A program made the position numbers and the translations under genes. Shown here piece after piece: positions 37,801 through 47,130 of a stretch of DNA of 64,000 nt. A model generated the notes under the pieces. It did not search any database. It saw only the letters and a program-made list of their open reading frames with translations, and was not told the DNA's origin. The stretch lies in IMG/VR virus record IMGVR_UViG_3300032799_000664, positions 66,446 through 130,445 of that record, one strand, 5' to 3'. The DNA comes from a virus. Within the stretch, counting starts at the first letter, position 1, and every line of letters starts with the position of its first letter.

Positions 37801-39315
37801 CTCAAGTCGTCACGCAACGACGAGTTCTGGCGCGCCTACCAGCTAGGCCTGCCGTTGCCACCAGCCCGCACCTCGTTCACCAGCGAGAAGTTCCTGGAAA
37901 TGCTGCGCGGCGCCGGCATCAAGGTCGACAAGAGCAACGAGCAAATGACGCTCGGCCCGTTGACCGATGCCGACGTAAAGAAGCTCTCCGCCGGCGCCAT
38001 CGCTCGGCCGCTCATGGTGAAAGAGAAGGACCTCTCCCCGGAGAAAGGCGGACTCTTCGATCCCGTAGTCACCGGCGGCACCAACGGCACGCGCTGGTCG
38101 CACGTCGACCTGCACGAACCGCTGGTGAACCCGACGTTCGAAGAACCAGTACGCCGTTTGCTGGGTCTCACCGTAGCGCAGTTCCGTGGTTTACTGGAAC
38201 GTGAGGGTGGCGCCGGTATCCGTCGCCGCCTGGCAACCATCAACCTTGATCAGCGCGAACGCGAGCTCCGGAGTGAAGTTCGTGATGCCACCGGCGCCCG
38301 ACTCGACGGATCCTTGAAGCAACTGAAGAACGTCCTGGCACTGCAACGCGAGAAACTCTCCCCGGATCAGGCCTACATCATCTCGAAACTGGGTGTCGTA
38401 CCCCCGGTGATACGTCCGATCTTGCCAGCCTCTCATGGCCGCAAGGACCTGTTGGTCTCTGACGCGAACTACTTGTACCGCGACGCGATGCTCGCCAACG
38501 AGAATCTCGCCGCCGCCAAGCACTCACTGCCACCCGAAGAAGTGGCCAAAGCGCGACTCCACCTCTATGACGCCACGAAAGCAGTCTTCGGTCTCGGTGA
38601 CCCGATGAGCCCACAGCTGCAGGGCCGCGGCGCCAAAGGCTTCATCACGACGATCGCCGGACAGGGTAGTCCCAAGGGTGGTTTCTTCCACGGCAAAGTC
38701 CTCTACCGCCCGCAGGACGTCAGTGGTCGCGGTACTGCGGTCCCCGACCTCAACCTCAACATGGACGAGGTCGGCATTCCCGAAGACATGATGTGGACGA
38801 TGTACGGTCCGCACGTCATCCGGCGGCTGGTGCAGAACGGCTACCACGTCGTCGATGCACAGAAGGCGCTCGAAGACCACATGCCGGTGGCCCGTGAAGC
38901 CCTGCTGCGTGAAGCACAAGAGCGCCCGCTCATCGTCAACCGCGCCCCCACGCTGCACCGCTACGGCATGATCGGTGCGTACCCGGTGCCGGTGCCGGGA
39001 AAGACGTTGCGGGTCAATCCGTTCATCGAGAAAGGCCTCAACCTCGACTACGACGGCGACACGCTGACTGTCCACGTCCCCGTCATGCCGGGCGCAGTCA
39101 AGGACGTGAAGTCGATGCTGCTGTCCAACCTGCTCTTCGGCGACAAGACCAAGAGCGACCTGTTGGTCTTCCCCCAACACGAAGCCATCGTCGGGGTGCA
39201 CCTAGCCAGCAACGCCAAAGACGGCAAGAAGTACCGTTTCAAGACCAAGGCCGAGGCGCTCGCCGCGTATCGTCGCGGCGAAATCGCGCTCGACGCCGAG
39301 ATAGAGATCGGTTGA
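34870..39315 (+). CDS. rpoB: RNA polymerase beta subunit fused to the N-terminal (catalytic) half of beta'
   Basis: Beta motifs FIVDGNEYS, DPARTPES, LMGAKHVGQA, GDKISNRYGGKGVV, GRINPAQILE, GRMEINAL; beta' motifs GGLFDP, VPPVIRP, NRAPTLH, NLDYDGD. Confidence 0.93.
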   Translation: MALTPVLIDAATRRTQIHEKATDGVRRVFPLALRDHRVEVEDLHVVSKEYSSREQKDALLQGHTLQEPLKGSLILKDAAGKVVQRKDDITLAQLPWFTPRHTFIVDGNEYSVANQRRVRPGVYTRVRGNEELEAAFNLGRGDNFRLSMDPAKGHLYMQYGTTNIPLYPILRKLGVPETELNRAWGSGVVAQNRSMFAGTPAKADKAMDKLYERLVPEYRRTHHTQEAKADAIHESYNNTVLDPDVTSRTLGEAFTHVTPTALVKASKKLLDVHREGVDTDDRDSLAFQQLLSADDFVRERILLEGRNLAKKARMKASSGNLDLDRIVPPSPFTRTLRSFITNSSLSSIPTQINPVEILDSAAKVTTLGEGGIESERAIPNEARSLHHTHFGLIDPARTPESFHAGVDLRAALWLKRDEQGRMHTLLRNAKTGKLQDVAVQDVENATVALPWQRAQQRGVSALRAGQPVSVGRGEIDYELPHPSFMFSLSSNTIPMPESVEGFRLLMGAKHVGQALPLVHREAPLVQVASFNPHRTMEQEIARFIVPHAPVAGTITKVDQDYIYLRPEAKKKAEAESEWPQLMPVEHVYLAEDGEKTAATPLIKIPYDDHFPLSSKTFLHNNVTVKAGDEVDAEQLLTDSNVTMDGRLALGTNLRVGYLPYYGANTNDAVVISQAAAEKLTSEHMYKEVLQLDLDTVLERDKHRAMFGSRWTAAQYAHLDNRGVARSGETLQPGDPLILGLHKALPTAEQRMLGKLHRTLNTPFREIALTWEHRCPGEIVDVVATPSRILLTVRTSEPAAIGDKISNRYGGKGVVAQVLPIAQMPHTPDGRPLELLMPPTGVHGRINPAQILETAVAKVAEKTGKPIVIESFSGKNNVKWARGLLKEHGLTDKEILDNPMTGKTIKGPDGKGVMVGPQYIYKLFKSTETNYSARGVEDYDANLQPAKGGATGAKALGRMEINALLAHNARNVLRESMTLKSSRNDEFWRAYQLGLPLPPARTSFTSEKFLEMLRGAGIKVDKSNEQMTLGPLTDADVKKLSAGAIARPLMVKEKDLSPEKGGLFDPVVTGGTNGTRWSHVDLHEPLVNPTFEEPVRRLLGLTVAQFRGLLEREGGAGIRRRLATINLDQRERELRSEVRDATGARLDGSLKQLKNVLALQREKLSPDQAYIISKLGVVPPVIRPILPASHGRKDLLVSDANYLYRDAMLANENLAAAKHSLPPEEVAKARLHLYDATKAVFGLGDPMSPQLQGRGAKGFITTIAGQGSPKGGFFHGKVLYRPQDVSGRGTAVPDLNLNMDEVGIPEDMMWTMYGPHVIRRLVQNGYHVVDAQKALEDHMPVAREALLREAQERPLIVNRAPTLHRYGMIGAYPVPVPGKTLRVNPFIEKGLNLDYDGDTLTVHVPVMPGAVKDVKSMLLSNLLFGDKTKSDLLVFPQHEAIVGVHLASNAKDGKKYRFKTKAEALAAYRRGEIALDAEIEIG

Positions 39316-39341
39316 GCAATCGTCCATCGATGACCTATACT
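39312..39341 (+). promoter_or_regulatory. sigma70-like promoter TTGAGC-N18-TATACT
   Basis: Hexamers at 39312-39317 and 39336-39341 upstream of gene 39377. Confidence 0.5.
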
Positions 39342-39376
39342 TGCGGTACTGGTCATCCACAGCAAGGAGCGTACCC

Positions 39377-39613
39377 GTGAGCCATCTCGATACCGCGTTC
39401 AAGATCGGCGCCGCACAGGCGCAGCACGATTTCCAGGCTGAGCTCGACAAGGTCGCCCAGGGCGACATGCGTCCGCCCATCCCCACACCGGACATCCGGC
39501 CGGGGCAGCCGCAGCCGGGTCCCGCACCACGTCCCATGCCGGCTCCCACCCCGAAGCTGCCCATCCCGAATCCCGGGCTGGGACCGCGTCAGCCGGGCCG
39601 CCCAGTCCTGTAG
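39377..39613 (+). CDS. small Pro-rich hypothetical protein
   Basis: GTG start with AAGGAG RBS; DKVA motif. Confidence 0.65.
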   Translation: MSHLDTAFKIGAAQAQHDFQAELDKVAQGDMRPPIPTPDIRPGQPQPGPAPRPMPAPTPKLPIPNPGLGPRQPGRPVL

Positions 39614-39647
39614 CTCAACCCACATCTCGTAGAAGGCAGGAGTGTGG

Positions 39648-40178
39648 ATGAGCAACCCGTACCTCAGCTACAGCCATCGTCTCGGTGCTGAGGCGGCACT
39701 GCAGCACTTCGGCGTGCGGGTCAAGACGGGAAATACGCCAGCAATCACGACGGGTGGACCGATGCCTTCAGCAGTCGCCGCACAGCCACCCACAGCTGCA
39801 GCGTCACCAGCGCCACCCACGGGTTCACCAATGACTCCTCCGGCTACGGGCCGCACCGTAACCGGTTCGGCACGAATGGCCGCCGCGGATTTCGCCCGGT
39901 CCATGCAGGAAGCGGAGTACGACAATCCGACAGCACCGCCGCCGAAGTTCGCCGGTTTCGAAATTGACACCGACGGCATCGTGCGGCGCACCCTCGAAAA
40001 GTTCGGTGGTCCCCGCGGTCGAAACGGACGGCCCAGTGGCGCACGTGAACCTGCGTCACGCACTCCGGTGGGCGTCGGCGGTCGTTTCCAGGCGCTGAAG
40101 CGCAAGATGTCCCACAAGAAGAACGTGGCCACGGCCAAGCGCGTCGGACGCACCTCGGCGAAGAGTCGCAAGGGATAG
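39648..40178 (+). CDS. hypothetical protein with basic C-terminus
   Basis: AGGAG RBS; about 176 aa. Confidence 0.7.
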   Translation: MSNPYLSYSHRLGAEAALQHFGVRVKTGNTPAITTGGPMPSAVAAQPPTAAASPAPPTGSPMTPPATGRTVTGSARMAAADFARSMQEAEYDNPTAPPPKFAGFEIDTDGIVRRTLEKFGGPRGRNGRPSGAREPASRTPVGVGGRFQALKRKMSHKKNVATAKRVGRTSAKSRKG

Positions 40179-40190
40179 GCGAGGCCCTGT

Positions 40191-41696
40191 GTGGCAGCGA
40201 TCTACACCATCGGAGGTCAGCTCGCCGCACTGGCGGACCTCGGCCTACTGAAGACTGCCCAGGCTGCACTGCCCGGCGAGTTCGCTCCGGGCATCCCCAA
40301 GGGCAAGCCAGTCTCCCCACTCCCAACGATCAACGCTGACACGCTCAACCGCTGGACGCTCGCGGTGCAGCACCACGAAACTACGCGCTCAGGTGGACGC
40401 GCCCACTTCGATCTGCGACTCGTCGATCCTGATGCAGGGAAGGCCCACTCGTGGGCCATCCCCAAGGCCCGACTACCGGAGCCAGGTGAGAAGCTACTGG
40501 CGGTTCAGACGTTCACGCACACCCCCGACTACGCACTCCACTTCGGCGAGAAGGGTGAGCAGACGATCGGTTCGGGATACGGCGCCGGCAAGGTCCGCAT
40601 GGCGCTCAAGGAACCAGTCGACGTAGTCGAAGCGAACCGCGACAAGGTTCGCTTCAACGTCTACCAGGGGAAGGACATCAACGAGTACCTGCTGCACCGC
40701 ACCCACGGCGACAAGTGGCTACTGCAGAACGTGACCATCACCAAAGCACGGCGCCCAGACATCCCGCAGAGCAAGCCTGACTACAAGGAGACGACCCCGG
40801 ACAAGGTCGACGTCACCAATGATCAGCAACTCATGGCCGCAAAGGTCGACGGCGCACACAACACATTCGTACTTGATGCGGGTCAGCCCGTACGGGTTTT
40901 CAGTTATCGACCTACCGAACGCGACACCGGGATCATCGAACACAGCCACCGATTCCTCCCCGGATACACGACCCGCGTGCCTGATCATCTCGACCAACTG
41001 GTGCTCCGGGGAGAACTCGTCGCCGCCGACCCTCACACCGGAAGAGCTCGCGGAACTCAAGATACGGGCGCCGTCCTCAACTCCGGCGTATGGAAGAGCC
41101 GCGATCTGCAAACTCACACGCCGCTGCGAGCGATCATCTTCGATGTCGCGCGGCGCCACGGGAAAGACCTGGAGTCACTCCCCTACGAGAAGAAGCTGTC
41201 CATCCTTGGGGAGGTCCACAAGTCGCTACCGTTCCTCGAACTCCCGCCGATGGCGCGGACGGCGAAAGAGAAGATCGACCTGCTGAACCGGATTCGCACC
41301 GGACAGGAGCCGATCACCAGCGAAGGCGTCGTACTCTGGCCCCTCGCCGGTGGCCCGCCCACCAAGGCCAAGTTTCGGCCGGACCACGACGTCTACGTGC
41401 GTGAGGTCTACCCAGAGACGGGGTCGCGTACCGGGTTGGCCGGCGGCTTCCGCTACTCCTGGACCCCCGAGGGCAAGATCGTCGGCAACGTCGGCACCGG
41501 GCTCGACCACGCGCTCAAGCGCGACATGCTATCGAACCCCGCGAAGTACATCGGCCGCGTCGCCAAGGTGCAGGCCCTCGGGCTCTACCGCGACAAGGAG
41601 CATCCGAAGAAGCCGGGCGCACTACGAGCACCGGCGTTCAAGGATTGGCACCTCGACAAGGGCCTGCAGCTCTTCGATCTGCCGAAGGAGAAGTGA
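40191..41696 (+). CDS. LigD-like protein: 3'-phosphoesterase domain plus ATP-dependent DNA ligase
   Basis: PE motifs VQHH..HFDLRL..SWAIPK..H..DY..GYGAG; ligase KVDG, GELV, FDV, EGVV; OB-fold NVGTG, LRAPAF. Confidence 0.85.
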   Translation: MAAIYTIGGQLAALADLGLLKTAQAALPGEFAPGIPKGKPVSPLPTINADTLNRWTLAVQHHETTRSGGRAHFDLRLVDPDAGKAHSWAIPKARLPEPGEKLLAVQTFTHTPDYALHFGEKGEQTIGSGYGAGKVRMALKEPVDVVEANRDKVRFNVYQGKDINEYLLHRTHGDKWLLQNVTITKARRPDIPQSKPDYKETTPDKVDVTNDQQLMAAKVDGAHNTFVLDAGQPVRVFSYRPTERDTGIIEHSHRFLPGYTTRVPDHLDQLVLRGELVAADPHTGRARGTQDTGAVLNSGVWKSRDLQTHTPLRAIIFDVARRHGKDLESLPYEKKLSILGEVHKSLPFLELPPMARTAKEKIDLLNRIRTGQEPITSEGVVLWPLAGGPPTKAKFRPDHDVYVREVYPETGSRTGLAGGFRYSWTPEGKIVGNVGTGLDHALKRDMLSNPAKYIGRVAKVQALGLYRDKEHPKKPGALRAPAFKDWHLDKGLQLFDLPKEK

Positions 41697-41697
41697 T

Positions 41698-42210
41698 ATG
41701 CCCTTCAAGAGCCAAGCTCAACGCGGCAAGTTCTACGCCATGGCCGACCGTGGTGAGATCTCGAAGACCACCGTCAAGCACTGGGAAGACACCACGCCCA
41801 AGGGCAAGAAGCTCCCCGAGCACGTCGGCCACAAGAAGGAGAGCGCGTTCTTCGGGCACGGCGTAGCGCAGGCGATGGTCGATACTGGTCTCGTCCCGCA
41901 GACGAAGACTGCGGCTGGAATCAAAGAACGACTACCATGGAATCAACCAGGACAAGGTGCTGAAGGACTCGGGCAAGGGCGTTGGTTGCCTGAAGTTCTC
42001 GACCCAAAACTCGTCGCTGACCAGGCCATGCAACAGGCAAAGCGGCGATTGCCGGAGTGGCCGTTCGGTTCCGCCGCCGACATCGGACGCGGCGTTCTGC
42101 AGGGTCGTGCTGGACTCGCTGAAGCCCTGCGTGCAGATGCTCTACATCACGGAAGCCGGTCACAAGAAGTGATGGAACTGCTCGCGAACCTGATCAAACG
42201 TCGAGGATGA
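41698..42210 (+). CDS. hypothetical phage protein (MPFKSQAQR N-terminus)
   Basis: ATG 1 nt after the ligase stop; TKTAA motif. Confidence 0.72.
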   Translation: MPFKSQAQRGKFYAMADRGEISKTTVKHWEDTTPKGKKLPEHVGHKKESAFFGHGVAQAMVDTGLVPQTKTAAGIKERLPWNQPGQGAEGLGQGRWLPEVLDPKLVADQAMQQAKRRLPEWPFGSAADIGRGVLQGRAGLAEALRADALHHGSRSQEVMELLANLIKRRG

Positions 42211-42689
42211 TGATGGCCTACGCACTTCCAGGCGGCATCCCCGGCGGCAACGCCGAGAAGGAAGGCAAGAAGCCTTCGGACTTCAGCGCCAAAGAAGTCG
42301 AGACCGGCCGTGAGATCGAGCACGAGCACACCGACGACTCGACCAAGGCCACCGACATCGCCCTCGATCACCTGACCGAGATTCCCGACTACTACCGCCG
42401 CCTGGTGGCGATGGAACAACGCGCTGACCGCGAAGGCATGAAGCATGATGTGAGCAGCGAAAAGGCCAGCGCCGCAGCCGACGACTTCATCCGCACCAAG
42501 CTGCGGGGCGATGCACTCCCACCCATCTCCGCCCAGCGCTACGCGAAATTGCCCTACGATGACCAGCCGCAGCCGCACGACCAACCGGTGATGTACCAGA
42601 CCGACCCTGATCTCAACATCGTGAAGCAGGCGTCCATACCTTATACTAGGGGTGTAGCTACCGCACTTTACGCGGTAAACCTTCACTAA
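42207..42689 (+). CDS. DUF5661-like protein
   Basis: GREIEHEH...IALDHLTEIPDYYRRL. Confidence 0.65.
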   Translation: MMMAYALPGGIPGGNAEKEGKKPSDFSAKEVETGREIEHEHTDDSTKATDIALDHLTEIPDYYRRLVAMEQRADREGMKHDVSSEKASAAADDFIRTKLRGDALPPISAQRYAKLPYDDQPQPHDQPVMYQTDPDLNIVKQASIPYTRGVATALYAVNLH

Positions 42690-42700
42690 CAGGAGCCCAC

Positions 42701-43372
42701 ATGTCGATTCGCCCGTGGCTCAAGATGCGCAACGTCCTCGACCAGATGCAGAACGATGAGATTCACCATCTGACCTGGCGCATTCGCGTGCTGGGCGCGT
42801 TCCTCGTGCTGGCGCTCCTGCTCATGGTGGTCCCACCCCTGATCGCAGTGGCCGCGCCCGCCACTCAGCCGGTCATCGCCGCTACACAACCTGCGACCCC
42901 CGTCGTGAAGGCCGCCGCGAATGTGCAGCAGTGGTGGATGCCGCTCCTGACTCCGATGCTCGCTGCCATCGGTACCCTACTAGCGGCTTTCATCACCGCC
43001 TTGCTCAGCAAGCTCATCAAGCTGTTCGAAGCCAAGTACAAGATCGACGTACCAACGGATGTCGAGAAGCTGATGGCCGAGAAAGCGAAGCAGCTCATCG
43101 CCGGCGCCGAAGAAGAAGCCGAGCGCCGCATCCTGCACGAAGATGGTCAAGTCACCTCCGGTGCAGCGAAGAACAAGGAGGTCGTCACCGCGCTCGTGGC
43201 GTTCGCCGAATCCATCGGCTACGGTAAGCTGTACCAGGAAGAACAGACGAAGAAGCTGGTCGATGGTGTGTTGCATCTCAGCCGCATCGGCAGCGAAAAC
43301 GTCATCGGCAGCAACGGGGACCGCGCCAAGCGACTCGCGAAGGCCAATCACGACGACGCCAGCAAGCGCTGA
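42701..43372 (+). CDS. membrane protein, possibly holin-like
   Basis: Two hydrophobic helices then a charged helical domain; AGGAG RBS. Confidence 0.55.
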   Translation: MSIRPWLKMRNVLDQMQNDEIHHLTWRIRVLGAFLVLALLLMVVPPLIAVAAPATQPVIAATQPATPVVKAAANVQQWWMPLLTPMLAAIGTLLAAFITALLSKLIKLFEAKYKIDVPTDVEKLMAEKAKQLIAGAEEEAERRILHEDGQVTSGAAKNKEVVTALVAFAESIGYGKLYQEEQTKKLVDGVLHLSRIGSENVIGSNGDRAKRLAKANHDDASKR

Positions 43373-43383
43373 ACGGAGCTACT

Positions 43384-43755
43384 ATGGGTGACGAGTTCTT
43401 CAGTCGCGGTGCTGGTGAAGCCCTGAAAGCCTTGGGGCTCATGAGCGATGACGTCGCCTACGCACTGGCGCGGCGTCAGTCCCGTAAAACCGCAGCCCCA
43501 ATGCCGCCAACTGAAGGTGGTGATCAGCACGGCGCACCCTTCCCCGAGAAGAGCATGAACATCGGCGCCGAACGCTTCGCACGCCTGCTGCGCAACCTGG
43601 ACGACGAAGGACTCAAGGGGAGGAGCAACCCCGACAACGCCAACTACGCCTACACCAACAACCTCGATCGACTCACGACCTGGGGTGGATCGACGCATGT
43701 CGAGGAGGGGCGTTCCTCGGGTGGTTTGATGGTGCCTGCCAATCCTCGCGGTTGA
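43384..43755 (+). CDS. hypothetical protein
   Basis: 123 aa; GGAG RBS; RKTAA motif. Confidence 0.7.
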   Translation: MGDEFFSRGAGEALKALGLMSDDVAYALARRQSRKTAAPMPPTEGGDQHGAPFPEKSMNIGAERFARLLRNLDDEGLKGRSNPDNANYAYTNNLDRLTTWGGSTHVEEGRSSGGLMVPANPRG

Positions 43756-43764
43756 CCTTCCCCG

Positions 43765-45579
43765 ATGCCGACCAAGCGCAAACCAGCGACGACCACCATC
43801 GGTCGATTGCTGCTGAACGAAGCCCTGCCGCCATCACATCAGATCGATCAACCGATGGCGCGGCACGAGCTCAACGCGCTGATGTCAGACCTGGCCCGCA
43901 GCGATCCACCACGCTACGTGCAGGCCATCTCCGACATCAAGCGCATCGGTGATGCCGTCGCTACCGACGAAGGTCTCACGGTCGGATTAGACGACATCGA
44001 ACCCGAATACGCCGTGCGGGATCCGTTGCTCGAACCGGTGTTAGCACAGGTGAAGCGTACACGGGACCCGCAAGCCCGTATCCGACTCATTGAAGCACTA
44101 CAACCCAAGCTCATCGAGATCACCAAACGTCACCCCGGCCAAGCCGCGATGATGGTTCGCAGCGGTGCCCGCGGCGCCATGCCCCAGATTCTGCGTACCG
44201 TGACCACCCCGACGGCCATCACCGATGACCGTGGTCGAACCGTACCTTGGATCATCAGCAAGAGCTACGCCGAGGGTCTCAAACCAATCGATGCTTGGAT
44301 CGCCTTGGGCGAAGCTCGACGCAACGCCGTCGAGTCGAACATCTCCGTTTCCGCACCGGGTGAAGTCAGCAAGCTGCTCATCGGCAACATGGGTGATCAG
44401 CTCATCACAATGCCGGACTGTGGCACCAGCAACGGCCTTGCAATGCTCGCCGATGATCCACAAGCTCGGGACCGCTACCTCGCCAAGGCCAGCGAAGGTC
44501 TCCCCGCCGGTACGTTGCTCACCGGCCAGCTAGCGAGTCGACTCCACAGCAAGATGATAGTGCTGCGTTCACCCATGACCTGCGAAGCCCCCCACGGCGT
44601 CTGCCAGCGCTGCTATGGCTTGAACAACCGTGGCCAACCCGCGCGACTCGGCGACAATGTCGGCATGATCGCAGCCCACGCCATGGGTGAGCCGCTCACC
44701 CAGATGGCGCTCAACGCAAAACACGCCGCACGCACTACTGCCTCACGAAAGGTAGTCCTCAGCGGCCTGTCGGGCCTCAAGCAGCTCACCGAAATCCCAC
44801 AGAGCTTCTTCAACCGAGCGGTGCTTTCCGAGCATCCGGGAACTGTCACTGGAATCGCATCGGCACCCCAGGGTGGGCATTACGTCACGGTCGATCAGGA
44901 GCAACACTACGTGCCCCCGATCCTGGACGTGACCGTACATCGGGGCGACAAGATCGAAGCCGGCGACGCCCTTTCCGATGGCATCCCCCGACCCGACGAC
45001 GTCGTCCGTCACAAAGGACTGGGCGTTGGTCGACAGTATCTCGTCGATCAGCTGCAGGGCATCTACAAGCGACATGGTCTTGACATGGACCGCCGCCACC
45101 TCGAGCTGCTGGCGAAGACCGACCTGAACTACATCAAGATCATGGACCGCGACGCCGAACAGCTGGGGCTGCTACGCGGCGACGTCATCGACTACAACCG
45201 CTTCCGCAACCTGGTCGCGGAGCACACCAAGGTGCTACCACTCGCTGACGCTCTTGGCGAAACACTCGGCGACAACGTACTCCACTACACCGCCGGCACG
45301 CGGGTGACCCCGGCGGTCGCACTGGACCTGCGTCGCGTCGGCATAAAGACGGTGTCCATCGCTCCACGCATCCCACTGCACGAACCGCTCATGAAGCCCA
45401 TCAGTCGCGCCCCGTTGCTGCGTCCTGACTGGTTGGCCCGCCTGGCCCACCGCAACCTCAAGGATTCCATTCTCGAGGGTGCCGCCTTCGGTGAGACAGC
45501 CGAGCTGCATGGTACGCATCCCGTTCCCGCACTGGTTATCGGCGAGTCGTTCGGCACTGGGCCTCCCGAACACTACTGA
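43765..45579 (+). CDS. rpoC: RNA polymerase beta' C-terminal half
   Basis: TTIGRLLLN, SGARG, bridge-helix region SYAEGL..ARR, DCGT, RSPMTC..GVCQRCYG, trigger loop GEPLTQMALNAKH, RHLELL. Confidence 0.92.
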   Translation: MPTKRKPATTTIGRLLLNEALPPSHQIDQPMARHELNALMSDLARSDPPRYVQAISDIKRIGDAVATDEGLTVGLDDIEPEYAVRDPLLEPVLAQVKRTRDPQARIRLIEALQPKLIEITKRHPGQAAMMVRSGARGAMPQILRTVTTPTAITDDRGRTVPWIISKSYAEGLKPIDAWIALGEARRNAVESNISVSAPGEVSKLLIGNMGDQLITMPDCGTSNGLAMLADDPQARDRYLAKASEGLPAGTLLTGQLASRLHSKMIVLRSPMTCEAPHGVCQRCYGLNNRGQPARLGDNVGMIAAHAMGEPLTQMALNAKHAARTTASRKVVLSGLSGLKQLTEIPQSFFNRAVLSEHPGTVTGIASAPQGGHYVTVDQEQHYVPPILDVTVHRGDKIEAGDALSDGIPRPDDVVRHKGLGVGRQYLVDQLQGIYKRHGLDMDRRHLELLAKTDLNYIKIMDRDAEQLGLLRGDVIDYNRFRNLVAEHTKVLPLADALGETLGDNVLHYTAGTRVTPAVALDLRRVGIKTVSIAPRIPLHEPLMKPISRAPLLRPDWLARLAHRNLKDSILEGAAFGETAELHGTHPVPALVIGESFGTGPPEHY

Positions 45580-45603
45580 GGTATCCGAAGCCGGTGGTAA
45601 ACC

Positions 45604-45635
45604 TTGTGAAAGCCGAGAGTACGTCCTATCATTGG
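45604..45635 (+). promoter_or_regulatory. candidate late promoter TTGTGA-N17-TATCAT
   Basis: Shares the 14-mer CGTCCTATCATTGG with 56036-56049. Confidence 0.65.
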
Positions 45636-45684
45636 ACAGCCTTTCGCCAAGCAACCGCTGCGGCCCGCCGTGGAGGAGAGAACG

Positions 45685-47046
45685 ATGTCACTGTTCAAGC
45701 GCGCATACGTCCGAGGAGTCAACGACGAGCTCGTGCGTCTGGGACTCATCCGTTACCCCGTCAAGGAGGCCGCTGACGAGATCGCCGACGCGGTCGGTGA
45801 CCAGCTGCCCGCCGAACCCGCTGGCGAACCGGTGTCCCCGGAGACCGCCGCCGACGTCGCTGCCACGCTCGTCGACGCGGCCACCAAGCTGGTGTCCGAG
45901 ACGCAGGGCGAAGGTCTGGCCCCCGAAGGCGCCCCACCGATGCCCGAGGAAGCCGCCCTCAAGACCTCAGCCGCCCAGGACCTCGACACACGTGCTGGCG
46001 CGCAAGCCTACGCCTGCATGATGAAGGCCGCGGAAGAGGTCAAGCAGGCCGAAGGCTCAACCATCGAAGGCGGCGACAAGGGCAACTCGCCGACGGGCAC
46101 GGCCCAGGCCGAAGCCCAGATGGAGAACAAGAACCGGCCCGAGCAGTACGCCAACATGGGTGTCTCCGGCGTCGGTGGCACCGCTTCGGGTGCCGGACGC
46201 GGCACCGGCGTCATCGGCAACGAGCAACCCCAGCCAGCTGCCCCGAAGGAGAGCCCGAGCGGCTCCAACAGCGTCATGCAGCAGTCGAAGATGGGCAGCC
46301 TCGCCGAGATCATCCGCAAGGTCGCGATGGCGAAGCAGGCCGAAGGCTCGACCATCGAAGGCGGCGACAAGGGCAACACGCTGGCCGAAGCGCCGGCCGC
46401 CGAGACGCAGATGGAAGCGCGCAACCGCCCCGAAGGTTACGCGCACCTCGGCCGTCCGGGCATGGGCGAGACCGACCTGACGGTGCCAGCCGGCGCCAAT
46501 GTCGGCGTCGAACAGGCTCACCCGAACGCGCCCGCCGAATCACCACCCGGCGCCCTGCCGCCCAGCAGCGCCAACTCGATCGTCGAGAACTCCAAGACCA
46601 GCGAGATCGATCCCTTCCTGGCGCTCTTCAAGAAGACCGCCGAGGAGGTCGCCGCCTTCCTGCCCAAGACCCTCGTCGACGAGGACAAGATCGCCCACGT
46701 GCGCCGCATGATGGGCATGAACGACGTGGAGCGCACCGAGTACCTCGGCTTCATCGCCAAGGATGCGGGGGCCACGGACGATCAGGCCGTCTCGATCGCC
46801 GAGAAGCACGCGTCGGTCTCCAGTCGGCGGCGCTACCAGGGCAACTCCGGCCGCCAGGACCGCACCCGGGCCAACCAGAAGCAGGCCGGTGAGCTGCCCC
46901 CCGCCCTCCAAGCCGTGATCGACGCCAAGAAGAACGGCGACAAGAAGGACGACGACAAGAAGGACGAGAAGAAGGAGAAGGAAGAGGAGAAGAAGGAAGG
47001 CTCCGACCTGCTCTCCCGCATCCGCGCCATCCGGCACACGGCGTAG
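45685..47046 (+). CDS. acidic low-complexity head/scaffold-like protein with internal repeat
   Basis: GGAGG RBS; KQAEGSTIEGGDKGN twice; many KxA motifs; K/D/E-rich tail. Confidence 0.75.
   Translation: MSLFKRAYVRGVNDELVRLGLIRYPVKEAADEIADAVGDQLPAEPAGEPVSPETAADVAATLVDAATKLVSETQGEGLAPEGAPPMPEEAALKTSAAQDLDTRAGAQAYACMMKAAEEVKQAEGSTIEGGDKGNSPTGTAQAEAQMENKNRPEQYANMGVSGVGGTASGAGRGTGVIGNEQPQPAAPKESPSGSNSVMQQSKMGSLAEIIRKVAMAKQAEGSTIEGGDKGNTLAEAPAAETQMEARNRPEGYAHLGRPGMGETDLTVPAGANVGVEQAHPNAPAESPPGALPPSSANSIVENSKTSEIDPFLALFKKTAEEVAAFLPKTLVDEDKIAHVRRMMGMNDVERTEYLGFIAKDAGATDDQAVSIAEKHASVSSRRRYQGNSGRQDRTRANQKQAGELPPALQAVIDAKKNGDKKDDDKKDEKKEKEEEKKEGSDLLSRIRAIRHTA
46042..46377 (+). repeat. 45-nt intragenic direct repeat (46042-46086 and 46333-46377)
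   Basis: One synonymous mismatch; both copies in frame. Confidence 0.9.
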
Positions 47047-47130
47047 CCGCGAACGGATCCTGCCCGGCACGGCAGCCCCCCGTACGCGGCCTGCGCCGGA
47101 CACAGGCTCGGCCAGGAAGGGAAAGGCGCC

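Noticed and set aside
46042-46377. 45-nt repeat as DGR TR/VR or recombination site
   Set aside because: Both copies are in frame in one protein and differ by one synonymous change.
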